DNA of 64,000 nt. Origin: an uncultured archaeon (GTDB lineage Archaea; Altiarchaeota; Altiarchaeia; JAFGQM01). The position numbers were made by a program, and so were the translations under genes. This document shows positions 19,234 through 27,598 of this stretch, one piece after another. Each line of letters begins with the position of its first letter. The stretch's first letter is position 1. Below the pieces are notes generated by a model. It had not been told where the DNA came from, did no database searches, and saw only the letters and a list, made by a program, of their open reading frames with translations. The stretch lies in NCBI GenBank assembly GCA_964619365.1, contig CAZUDQ010000003.1:35960-99959 (forward strand), read 5' to 3'.

Positions 19234-20959
19234 CCTGATGGTATTCTTGTTGCTTTCATCTCTTGCCATTTCTTACCTCTCCTTACAATCGGCACAATTA
19301 TCATCAAGATCCCAACGCAGGATGGAAACTGAAAGCTTAAACGAAATGGCTGAAATAAGCCTTTCGGCGCTTCTTTCCTCTAAGGCAGATATTGAGATTA
19401 GCGTCCTGCAGAAAAAAGCGGCAAGTAGGATAAACTCCCCCGTTACAAATGATGCAAGAAAGATACTTGATTACTTAAAACTGGCTGAGGAGGCCATCTC
19501 AGAAATAGAAAGCAGTAATGATATCTCGGACAATCCCCATATAGCATACATCCGACATAAGTTTTCAGAGATAGATTCGTATTTAGGGCTTGCCCAGGAC
19601 TCACTGATTGGATTTAGCGCTTCCCAGATAGACTCAGCCCTTAGTGATTCTCTTGCGCCTTGCCAAGCCCTTGGCGAGCTTTCCTCAATTTTCTCCTCAT
19701 TTGTCGGGTTTGATTTTAGTTGCGATACCATAACCTCTGAAATACTAAGTTATCTTGGAGAGGAACTCTCAAGTGTCGCTATGGATTCAAATGACCTTGT
19801 TTCGTTTATAGATGAAGCAGAAAGCCTATTGGACGTGGAGATTAAGGAAAAAGCAAGAGAACTACGCTGCAAACTTTCAGACATTAGGCAAGCCATTGAG
19901 TCCGTATTTGGCTATATCGAAGTGGGAGTCAACCCCGATGTGTCGCCTCTCGAACTTTTCCCGGTTAAGCTCAACGCAGAAAGTTACACCATAAGGCAAG
20001 TCACAGAAGACGCGCTAACGAGTGGAGATTTCTTTGCAAAAACAGACTGGGAAAGGACTGCAATCGCGTCAGTCGCTTTAACATATTTTAGGGGAAAAAA
20101 CCTAACAACAGGCCTATTCGAAAAAGGCTTTTTGGAGGAAAACATACATTCCCAGCCCAGTGGAGATTTGATTGGCGAGTACATTGAAATCACTCCAGAA
20201 CATTCTCTTCAAAAAGAGGACAATATGACTCTTAGCGGGGTCTACACAGAGGACAAAAGTATTTCCCTAAAAGCAAAGATAACTGGTGCAGGTTATCTTG
20301 GACTGCAAGCGGCATTTTTTGGAAAGGAACTTGGTTCTGGCAGGCAAAAGACCGTATATTTTGAAGGAGGGGAATACATACTAAACAGCACAGCATACAT
20401 CACAAACGCGCACGAAAGGACATATAATGGAAGCGCGGTTAAAGGTGTTACAAGAGAATCTCCCATAAGCGTTTCTGAAGAAGTTTTTAGTCATAAGGAC
20501 ATACTCACTCCGGAAATAAATTTTGAAGGAAACTTAATCAAAACAACAATAACGCGACCCTTTTCCTCAGTCTTTTGGCTTGAACTGGGAAACGCCACAT
20601 TTGAGCCGCAAAACTATGCGTTCCAAATAGAGCATATTATTGAAACAAAAAGCGGCGAGTATATAATAAACAGTTCTGTAGCCGACGGCGAGTATGACCC
20701 GAATGCCGAAAAGTCAGCAGTTTTAGGCGCCCTTGCAATAGACAAAACAAGCATCTTTCCCGAGCTGAAGAGTTCTATTGAATCAGAGATAAAGCGCATA
20801 ATACCAAATTATAGTTATTCTTTTAATCTCTCTTGCCCCTGCAAGGAGGGAATTTATTTTGGCAGTGGAAGCCCGCAAGGAAGATATGGTATTGCAAGAA
20901 GGCATTTTTGGATTGATGACTGCGAGTGTGATGTGACACTTATTCTCTGGAGGGACTAG
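19184..20959 (+). CDS. large minor pilin-like protein with helical insertion
   Basis: QRKG|QSAAIDLMVFLLLSSLAI; ends in the beta strand VTLILWRD, similar to the C-terminus of the 21388 protein. Confidence 0.8.
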   Translation: MGKKLLFQRKGQSAAIDLMVFLLLSSLAISYLSLQSAQLSSRSQRRMETESLNEMAEISLSALLSSKADIEISVLQKKAASRINSPVTNDARKILDYLKLAEEAISEIESSNDISDNPHIAYIRHKFSEIDSYLGLAQDSLIGFSASQIDSALSDSLAPCQALGELSSIFSSFVGFDFSCDTITSEILSYLGEELSSVAMDSNDLVSFIDEAESLLDVEIKEKARELRCKLSDIRQAIESVFGYIEVGVNPDVSPLELFPVKLNAESYTIRQVTEDALTSGDFFAKTDWERTAIASVALTYFRGKNLTTGLFEKGFLEENIHSQPSGDLIGEYIEITPEHSLQKEDNMTLSGVYTEDKSISLKAKITGAGYLGLQAAFFGKELGSGRQKTVYFEGGEYILNSTAYITNAHERTYNGSAVKGVTRESPISVSEEVFSHKDILTPEINFEGNLIKTTITRPFSSVFWLELGNATFEPQNYAFQIEHIIETKSGEYIINSSVADGEYDPNAEKSAVLGALAIDKTSIFPELKSSIESEIKRIIPNYSYSFNLSCPCKEGIYFGSGSPQGRYGIARRHFWIDDCECDVTLILWRD

Positions 20960-20960
20960 A

Positions 20961-21425
20961 TTGAAATTCAGATACTTAAACAAAAAAGGATGGCTCGTCT
21001 GGTCCTGGTCAAAAGCAGGCATGCTAATCATATTTTTTGCCTGTATGGTAATGCTTCTTTGTGCGTTTTCCCTATTGTCAACAGCTTTTCTTGCAGATTC
21101 AGCTCAAAAGCTCTCCTCAGACATTGTTAATTCCTTGCTTATGGTTTCCTCTTCAGAAGACGGCAGCTATCTTGAGATAAATCTTCCTCCTTCGGTACAA
21201 GGCGAACCTTATCATATGACGGCAAACAAGACTGAATCCGGTCTTGTTGCAATAATAGTTTCTGTACAGACTCAAAAAGGCAAGATGATTGGAATCAGCG
21301 TCTTGCCAACCCCATATCACAATGCTTCCTTAGGCATTTTGCATCAATCAGATTCAAAGGAACACAAATTATGTGCCAATATACACAATGATACAACATA
21401 TCTTTATCCCAAGGGATGTTTTTAA
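20961..21425 (+). CDS. minor pilin-like protein (class III signal peptide)
   Basis: NKKG|WLVWSWSKAGMLIIFFACMVMLL; INLPPSVQGEPY motif. Confidence 0.78.
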   Translation: MKFRYLNKKGWLVWSWSKAGMLIIFFACMVMLLCAFSLLSTAFLADSAQKLSSDIVNSLLMVSSSEDGSYLEINLPPSVQGEPYHMTANKTESGLVAIIVSVQTQKGKMIGISVLPTPYHNASLGILHQSDSKEHKLCANIHNDTTYLYPKGCF

Positions 21426-21873
21426 TTCGAAAAAAGGGCAGCTTGGGCCACAGGCTCTTGAGGATTTGCCGATAAGCGCCATAGGCTTGATATGTGTGAT
21501 TATCCTTGTCATGCTCCTTCTAAAAGTAGGCCTTGGTGCGATAATCCCTTCAGATATAAGCGAAGCGTCTTCTTTTGGGCAAAGAGCACTTTTCCTTCTT
21601 GTAAAATCCTTTTCAAGCAGTGAATCAAAAGGAATTTCATCATGGGCGATAGATGCGGCAAAAGTCTCCGAAATGAATCACAAAAACTATCCACTCAAAG
21701 GCGTTCTCGCATCCCCCCAATACGGCTTTTTTGCGCAAGTTAAATCCTGTTGCGGTGAATGGAAGTTTGGAGGCAGTAAGGAGCCCGCATTATCATTTCA
21801 TGCGCCTGTTTCAGTCCTGTGCGAAGACAAACTCTGCGACGGCGATATAATATTAAGGATCTGGAAAAAATGA
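21388..21873 (+). CDS. minor pilin-like protein (class III signal peptide)
   Basis: SKKG|QLGPQALEDLPISAIGLICVIILVMLL; ends IILRIWKK; start position uncertain. Confidence 0.75.
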   Translation: MIQHIFIPRDVFNSKKGQLGPQALEDLPISAIGLICVIILVMLLLKVGLGAIIPSDISEASSFGQRALFLLVKSFSSSESKGISSWAIDAAKVSEMNHKNYPLKGVLASPQYGFFAQVKSCCGEWKFGGSKEPALSFHAPVSVLCEDKLCDGDIILRIWKK

Positions 21874-24467
21874 AAAAGAAAGGATATATCCCAGCATTTA
21901 GCATAATCGGCGTTGTGTTTTGCGTCATTGCAATCTCAGTATCGTTATTATGGGAACTTGGTTCTGCAGGAGACTTTGGAATCCACGCCCAGGATATCGC
22001 CTGGCTAAGGATGAATTCGGCAATAGAAAGTTTTGAAGAGGAGATACGAGACGATCTTTCGCGTACACTGGGTTTATGTGCAACAAAGGCCGGGCAGATA
22101 CCAGAAGGAACTACAATAAACCCTTATCTTGAGATGGAGGAAAGGGTGGGCTGGGAAAAAATCCTTGAGAATATATCCCTGTGCACTAAGGAAAATACCT
22201 TATCCCATATAAGGGATATTGCTCATGAAAAAGGCGATGACTGGGCCCTTTTCACTTTTGATTCGAACATCACCCTTGCAATTGATTCTACCCAAAAAAT
22301 TGAGTTCTTGCCAGATCTTGAGGGCCCCTGGATGTCTGGAAAAATAAAAATCCCGGAAATTACAATAACTGCAAAGGAAGGCTGGAGCGCACGATTTACA
22401 AATAGGACGATAAATGCCAGGATATCAGGTCGTTTACATGACATGTACCTTCGTGCAAGAGACTTTCATTCCAAGTATCCAGACCGGCTTAGCTGGACCT
22501 TAAGCGGAGCGCTCTACCTGCGTGCATACCTTTCAGCTTACATAACAGGAGGAACCGGACCATACCTTTATGAGGGCGATTTTCAAACAGACCCGGTCGC
22601 AACAATACTTTTTGGAAAAATTGAGGAAATAGAAGAGTTAATAAAAGACCCACTGGATTCAATAACAGGGATTGGGGCGATACCCGCTGCGACATGGCTT
22701 TCGGAGTGGGAGTTTTTAAGCGAGCCTTCCTTTTTGCCGCCGGGAGTCGATATGGACATTTCAGATTATGACCAGGCAAAAACGGCGATTATGGGAACTG
22801 AGAACCCGGAAGAAGTCTTTGAAGAAACATGCGAAGGAGATTCTTCGGGAAATTGTTTATCCTCTACAGACCTAGACACTTTAGAGGAAGAAGCACTTGC
22901 CACGGCAAAAGAAATGGAGCGTTATGAAAAAGTTAGAGATTTGTCAGATGACTGGCTTTCGAGCTATTCAACAACAAGGTATCATAAATGTGACAATAAA
23001 GACACCTGTGAAGATGACTTAGAGGATTGCAATGAAGATTGCTGCGAGATGTATGAAGATTGCGAAGACGACTTAGATGATTGCAATGATGATGTTGATG
23101 AATGTGAGGACGACTGTGACGACTTAAGAGAGGATTGCAAGGACCTCAAAAAGGAGTGCAATCAATATAAAAAGGATTGTAAGGCCTGCAAAAAGGAATA
23201 CTGTAAACCAGATTATGAATACTGCAAAGACCAATATGGCGGATACCCTGATGACAAAAAAGGCGCATGCTACTATAGCGCCCTTGATACGCTTTTTGGC
23301 AGCAGTGATGAAGACATCTGCGATGATTTTAGGGATGATTCAAAAGAGGTACTTAGCGCGATAACTTCAGCCCTGGAAAACGGGCAGTCACAGACATGCA
23401 AGTATAAGATAAAAGAAGGGAGCGACGAAGCAGGAGGCAACAAAATTTTTAATTCAAATGAATATGGTCTCGGGTTTAATGATGTCGACACCTATTGTTC
23501 CTCAGCGATAACTTCAGTCACGGAACTTGCCTCAATTGTTAAAAATATTCTCACAGAAGAAAAACTAGGTTCAGATTCATGTTCAAAAGATAATTCAGGC
23601 GAGTGCATTTCAAATGATAACTGTGGAGACGCAGGAAATTGTAATGTTCGTTGTAATTTTGTTTCTTGCTCGCGAGGAAATGACATTTATCAATGTGTGG
23701 GCGATTATCAATCAGGAAATAGAGTCGTCACATGCAGTAAGGGAAGAGATGTTTTTGATACCTGTAGATGTAGATGCCGTCCGACAATAAAAATTGTGGA
23801 AGAGACGCAAAAACCAGTGCAAAAAGTATATGAATTTGCAAAAAAGACGTATGACGCTTTAGAATTGCATTATGAAGCAACAAATGACCAAATAGAGGTT
23901 CTTTCCAATATTAAAAAGTTTACATCAGCAGTAGAGTCTCTTGATAAAAATAAAGATTCTTTTGACATCTATTCAAAAATAACTCCGATTTATGTTAAGT
24001 ATGATTCTGGGGACGGTGCGCATTGTTATGTTAATCCGACCTATATGGCACGGGAGGGGGGTGTATGTGCGGACTATCTTGAATCCGCAGGGCTTTATAG
24101 CGCCCAAATTGCCGCCGCAGCCCTAATAACTGTATTTAGCGGCGGGGCCGGAACGCCACTTCTTGACTACGCAAAAGACTTCTTTCCAGTGATATTTGAG
24201 ACAAGTGCCAAATTTAGCATAACAGAAAGCATAACAGACGACAACTCACGAAATATACTTGTCAATATCGCAGAAGGTGGTGGCGAGCTTTACACATACG
24301 CTCCGCTCGAATTCGAGATATACAAAGAACATGAGTTTAAGGTAGAGTCGCTTACTCTGGGGCGAATAATCTTATATCTTTACCTTCCCATAACACAAGG
24401 TGGAATCGGACGAGCAATAGAACGGATGGGTGCAAAAAACGAAGGCGAGAGTTGTCCTACAGAGTAA
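21870..24467 (+). CDS. giant (865 aa) pilin-like surface protein with Cys-heptad stalk and hydrophobic hairpin
   Basis: MKKKG|YIPAFSIIGVVFCVIAI from ATG 21870 (ATGA overlap); Cys-rich acidic repeat; late AAAALITVFSGGAGTP segment. Confidence 0.8.
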   Translation: MKKKGYIPAFSIIGVVFCVIAISVSLLWELGSAGDFGIHAQDIAWLRMNSAIESFEEEIRDDLSRTLGLCATKAGQIPEGTTINPYLEMEERVGWEKILENISLCTKENTLSHIRDIAHEKGDDWALFTFDSNITLAIDSTQKIEFLPDLEGPWMSGKIKIPEITITAKEGWSARFTNRTINARISGRLHDMYLRARDFHSKYPDRLSWTLSGALYLRAYLSAYITGGTGPYLYEGDFQTDPVATILFGKIEEIEELIKDPLDSITGIGAIPAATWLSEWEFLSEPSFLPPGVDMDISDYDQAKTAIMGTENPEEVFEETCEGDSSGNCLSSTDLDTLEEEALATAKEMERYEKVRDLSDDWLSSYSTTRYHKCDNKDTCEDDLEDCNEDCCEMYEDCEDDLDDCNDDVDECEDDCDDLREDCKDLKKECNQYKKDCKACKKEYCKPDYEYCKDQYGGYPDDKKGACYYSALDTLFGSSDEDICDDFRDDSKEVLSAITSALENGQSQTCKYKIKEGSDEAGGNKIFNSNEYGLGFNDVDTYCSSAITSVTELASIVKNILTEEKLGSDSCSKDNSGECISNDNCGDAGNCNVRCNFVSCSRGNDIYQCVGDYQSGNRVVTCSKGRDVFDTCRCRCRPTIKIVEETQKPVQKVYEFAKKTYDALELHYEATNDQIEVLSNIKKFTSAVESLDKNKDSFDIYSKITPIYVKYDSGDGAHCYVNPTYMAREGGVCADYLESAGLYSAQIAAAALITVFSGGAGTPLLDYAKDFFPVIFETSAKFSITESITDDNSRNILVNIAEGGGELYTYAPLEFEIYKEHEFKVESLTLGRIILYLYLPITQGGIGRAIERMGAKNEGESCPTE

Positions 24468-24469
24468 CA

Positions 24470-27400
24470 CTACTCCTTATTGTTGGTGTTGCATCCCTCG
24501 TTTGTTGAGACCCACTCAGTCGTCTCCTCAGCGTACTTATCCCCCGCAAGCCACATAGAGCCAACAGCTGCCGCGGGCGCTGCAAGACGGGCTGTCCAAC
24601 TCAGGATTTTATTTCCAGAGTTTCCTGCAAACATTCCAGTTTTAAGGTAGTTTCCCACTCTACTGGAAATTGATGTGCTACCCTTTGGAACATAAGTGTA
24701 ACTCTTGCCGTCGTTTATAGATTTTAAATTTGTGACTTCGGCGGTTTTTCCATCACTATAAGTCACTTTAAATGTTTCGCCTTTCTCAAGCGGTACCTCC
24801 ATTGGAGTGGACTCATAAATAGTATCACCCATAGCATATATGCTGTCTGAAGTAACTTTTTCATAGTAATTACCATCACCAAGAGCCATATATTTATCAG
24901 GTATTGCTTTTCCAGACCCAATAAGATCAACCTGAACATCACTACTTACTTCTTTCCAAACATCTCCCTGATGCACTGTTACTTTAGCTCCACCTACTTC
25001 CTTAACTGGGACGGTTATATCAGTAGTCTTTGTACCTGCAGGCACATTTACTGACTCACCATCAACCGTAGTCACACCTTTTACAGTACTTGTAGCGACT
25101 TTTGAAACAGGTTGGGCAAATGTGCTTCCAAGGGCCCCTCCGATGTACATCCCAGTACCAAATCCTGAAAAGAAGTTCTTTGTATCTGCGTCACCTATGA
25201 ACATGCTTGTGACCGAAGTTCCAAGTGAAAGGGTTTGAGTAAGAGAACCAAAACCAGTTGCACCACCCAACAACCCGAGTGCCGCTCCAGTTCCTGCTCC
25301 AACCCAGAATGAACCCGAACCAAACATACTAAGCGAGTCGCCTTCCTCTTCTTCCATGCAGCTCACATCGCCGCAATGGCAGTCGTTGTCATAGCCGTCA
25401 TCACAAGTCTTTGGGTTGCTACGCGGGTCTTCACTTTCTGTTGGAACGCCTTCAGTTTGTATATTGTACCATGCCCACTGGTTTACACCAGAATAAGCGC
25501 ACAGATAGACGGTTCCGTCACACTGTGCCGTCTGGCATTCATGATCCTTGTTGCAGGCGACGTCATCCTCAGTTACCCATTTATAACCATTATTTGATGT
25601 CGTTGTATTTGCAGATGAACCGCTGTTCCACTCAAGTTTCCTGCATATTTTATAATTACCGTCGTCAACTCCTGCTGTCGTCCCGCCATCTGCGTCCCAG
25701 ACCATGTAACATGGCGTATTGGCGTTGCAGGTACAAAGGTCGCCTGAACCTTCTCCTGTGCGGTCTACAAGGCCGTCACAGTTATTATCCCAGCCATCAT
25801 TGCAGATTTCAACGGTGTTTCTATATTCAGCTGGAAGGTCGCTGTCACAATTAAGGCACATCCCATAATACTTATCTTCCTCACCTGAACTGTAATAGAC
25901 TATGCAGGCTAGGTCTTCATCAGTTATTCTGCCATCGGAATTAACGTCAGCACAGTCAAGCTTATAACCAGTAATTTGCTTTTTGCTAATAAGCATCATA
26001 AGGATTTCATCAACTTCATCAATCTTGAGGTCCCCGTTAATATCGCCCTTTATCCCACGGCAGGCATCAAGACTGTAAATCTCTAAACAGTAAGACGGAA
26101 TTACCTGACCTGATGCAAGAAGCGTATCCGGATTAGAAAGCTCCATTCCTAAAAACATCTGCGCACAGTAACTGTCATCAGTATTTATTACACCGTTTTG
26201 GTCAAAGTCTGTTGCCGCGTAGACTTCAACAGGTAAGTATATCCCACGCTCCTCAACTTTTATCAATTTGTTTAGAAGAGCAATATCGTCATCGCCTATT
26301 TTTTTATCGCCATCAAGGTCGCCTGCAAGTGGCGATTCTAAATAAAGGTCAAAGCATGCCCCGCCACTCATGTCACCCGGCCATTTTCCTGAAACTACAT
26401 TTGTAAGGCAAATTAAATCATCTTCGTCAACATCAGAATCAAGGTCGTAGTCTGCACACTTGGCGTATTCTGCACGCGCGGCCTGAGTCAACGGAAGAAT
26501 CAGATTCTCAAGTATTGCAATATCATCGGTATCAAGTTGTTCATTCCCGTTAAGATCGCCCACACGGTCTTCACAAATTATTGTCCCTTCGATTATCCCG
26601 CCTTTTGCAGATTCAAAACAGTTTATGAGCATTGTTTCACTGACCTGCAGGATATTTGATTTGTAATCTGAAACGCATTTTCGTACTTCCTCCATGCCGT
26701 CACACGTCGTTTCATTTGTTGCAAGAGGGCATGTTCTTGACTTTGCGCGGGAGATATCCGCGACATAAATCTTCTCATAGGTCACAATATCCTGTCCATC
26801 TGCAAAAATGCTAACCTTGTATATTCCCTCACCGTTTGGCGCCTTAAAACTCGCGTCGTACCCGAGTTCGCCCAAATCCCAGGTCAGTTTTTTAAGACTG
26901 CCATAGACATTCGCATAAAGCATCTCAAGTCCAGGTATCTCTTGTCCTTCAAATTCAGGGTATGCAAAAATCTCAAAATACTCATCAGCCAAAAGAACAG
27001 GCTTGTCGACGTCTGTTCTCATAAGAAGATTTTCACTGGCAGAATCAGATTCAAAATAAGTCACGAAATCACCACCATATACTGTCCCATCCTTTTCCAT
27101 GATTACCTTTACTAGGGCGCGGTATTCTCCTTTGAAAGGAACATTTAACTCAACTTTCCAGGTTTCTGATAAATTGTCAAAACTAAGATTCTTTGGTTCT
27201 GATGTTATGAGTGCGTCACCGTCAAGGTAGTATACCTGAACGGATTTTGTCAGAATGTTAAAATCTTTTGAGTCTTTTACATCAATATCATATTCAAGCC
27301 TGATTGGTTGGGTCTTCTTTATGGGTAAGATAGGCTCGACACTAAGATTTTCTGAAGTGTAAGCACTGGTGTTTACACTATACGCAAGGGGAAACGTGCC

Positions 27401-27556
27401 GGTGTATCCATCATACTGTGCCTGTATTATTATAGTGTAGGCCCCCTCTCCTTCTGGACCGTAACCAACAGCAGTCCAGCGGGCAAGTGAAAACGGTATC
27501 TGTGCAAACAAAAAAACGACTATAAATACTAGTGCTAGAGTTTTGGCATATTCCAT
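24470..27556 (-). CDS. secreted dockerin-repeat protein with variable Gly-rich C-terminal payload, paralog 1
   Basis: Signal peptide, beta-rich (Ig-like) domains, three dockerin-like pairs (e.g. GDINGDLKIDEVD...ADVNSDGRITDED), EICNDGWDNNCDGLVD, Gly-zipper helices. Confidence 0.85.
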   Translation of the reverse strand: MEYAKTLALVFIVVFLFAQIPFSLARWTAVGYGPEGEGAYTIIIQAQYDGYTGTFPLAYSVNTSAYTSENLSVEPILPIKKTQPIRLEYDIDVKDSKDFNILTKSVQVYYLDGDALITSEPKNLSFDNLSETWKVELNVPFKGEYRALVKVIMEKDGTVYGGDFVTYFESDSASENLLMRTDVDKPVLLADEYFEIFAYPEFEGQEIPGLEMLYANVYGSLKKLTWDLGELGYDASFKAPNGEGIYKVSIFADGQDIVTYEKIYVADISRAKSRTCPLATNETTCDGMEEVRKCVSDYKSNILQVSETMLINCFESAKGGIIEGTIICEDRVGDLNGNEQLDTDDIAILENLILPLTQAARAEYAKCADYDLDSDVDEDDLICLTNVVSGKWPGDMSGGACFDLYLESPLAGDLDGDKKIGDDDIALLNKLIKVEERGIYLPVEVYAATDFDQNGVINTDDSYCAQMFLGMELSNPDTLLASGQVIPSYCLEIYSLDACRGIKGDINGDLKIDEVDEILMMLISKKQITGYKLDCADVNSDGRITDEDLACIVYYSSGEEDKYYGMCLNCDSDLPAEYRNTVEICNDGWDNNCDGLVDRTGEGSGDLCTCNANTPCYMVWDADGGTTAGVDDGNYKICRKLEWNSGSSANTTTSNNGYKWVTEDDVACNKDHECQTAQCDGTVYLCAYSGVNQWAWYNIQTEGVPTESEDPRSNPKTCDDGYDNDCHCGDVSCMEEEEGDSLSMFGSGSFWVGAGTGAALGLLGGATGFGSLTQTLSLGTSVTSMFIGDADTKNFFSGFGTGMYIGGALGSTFAQPVSKVATSTVKGVTTVDGESVNVPAGTKTTDITVPVKEVGGAKVTVHQGDVWKEVSSDVQVDLIGSGKAIPDKYMALGDGNYYEKVTSDSIYAMGDTIYESTPMEVPLEKGETFKVTYSDGKTAEVTNLKSINDGKSYTYVPKGSTSISSRVGNYLKTGMFAGNSGNKILSWTARLAAPAAAVGSMWLAGDKYAEETTEWVSTNEGCNTNNKE

Positions 27557-27598
27557 TTTTAAATTTAATAGATAATTATTGCAGGAACGCTTAAAAAG

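Noticed and set aside
22989-23225. CRISPR array or non-coding tandem repeat (also 51427..51516)
   Set aside because: The repeats are degenerate, in frame and inside coding sequence; no constant repeat with unique spacers and no cas genes.
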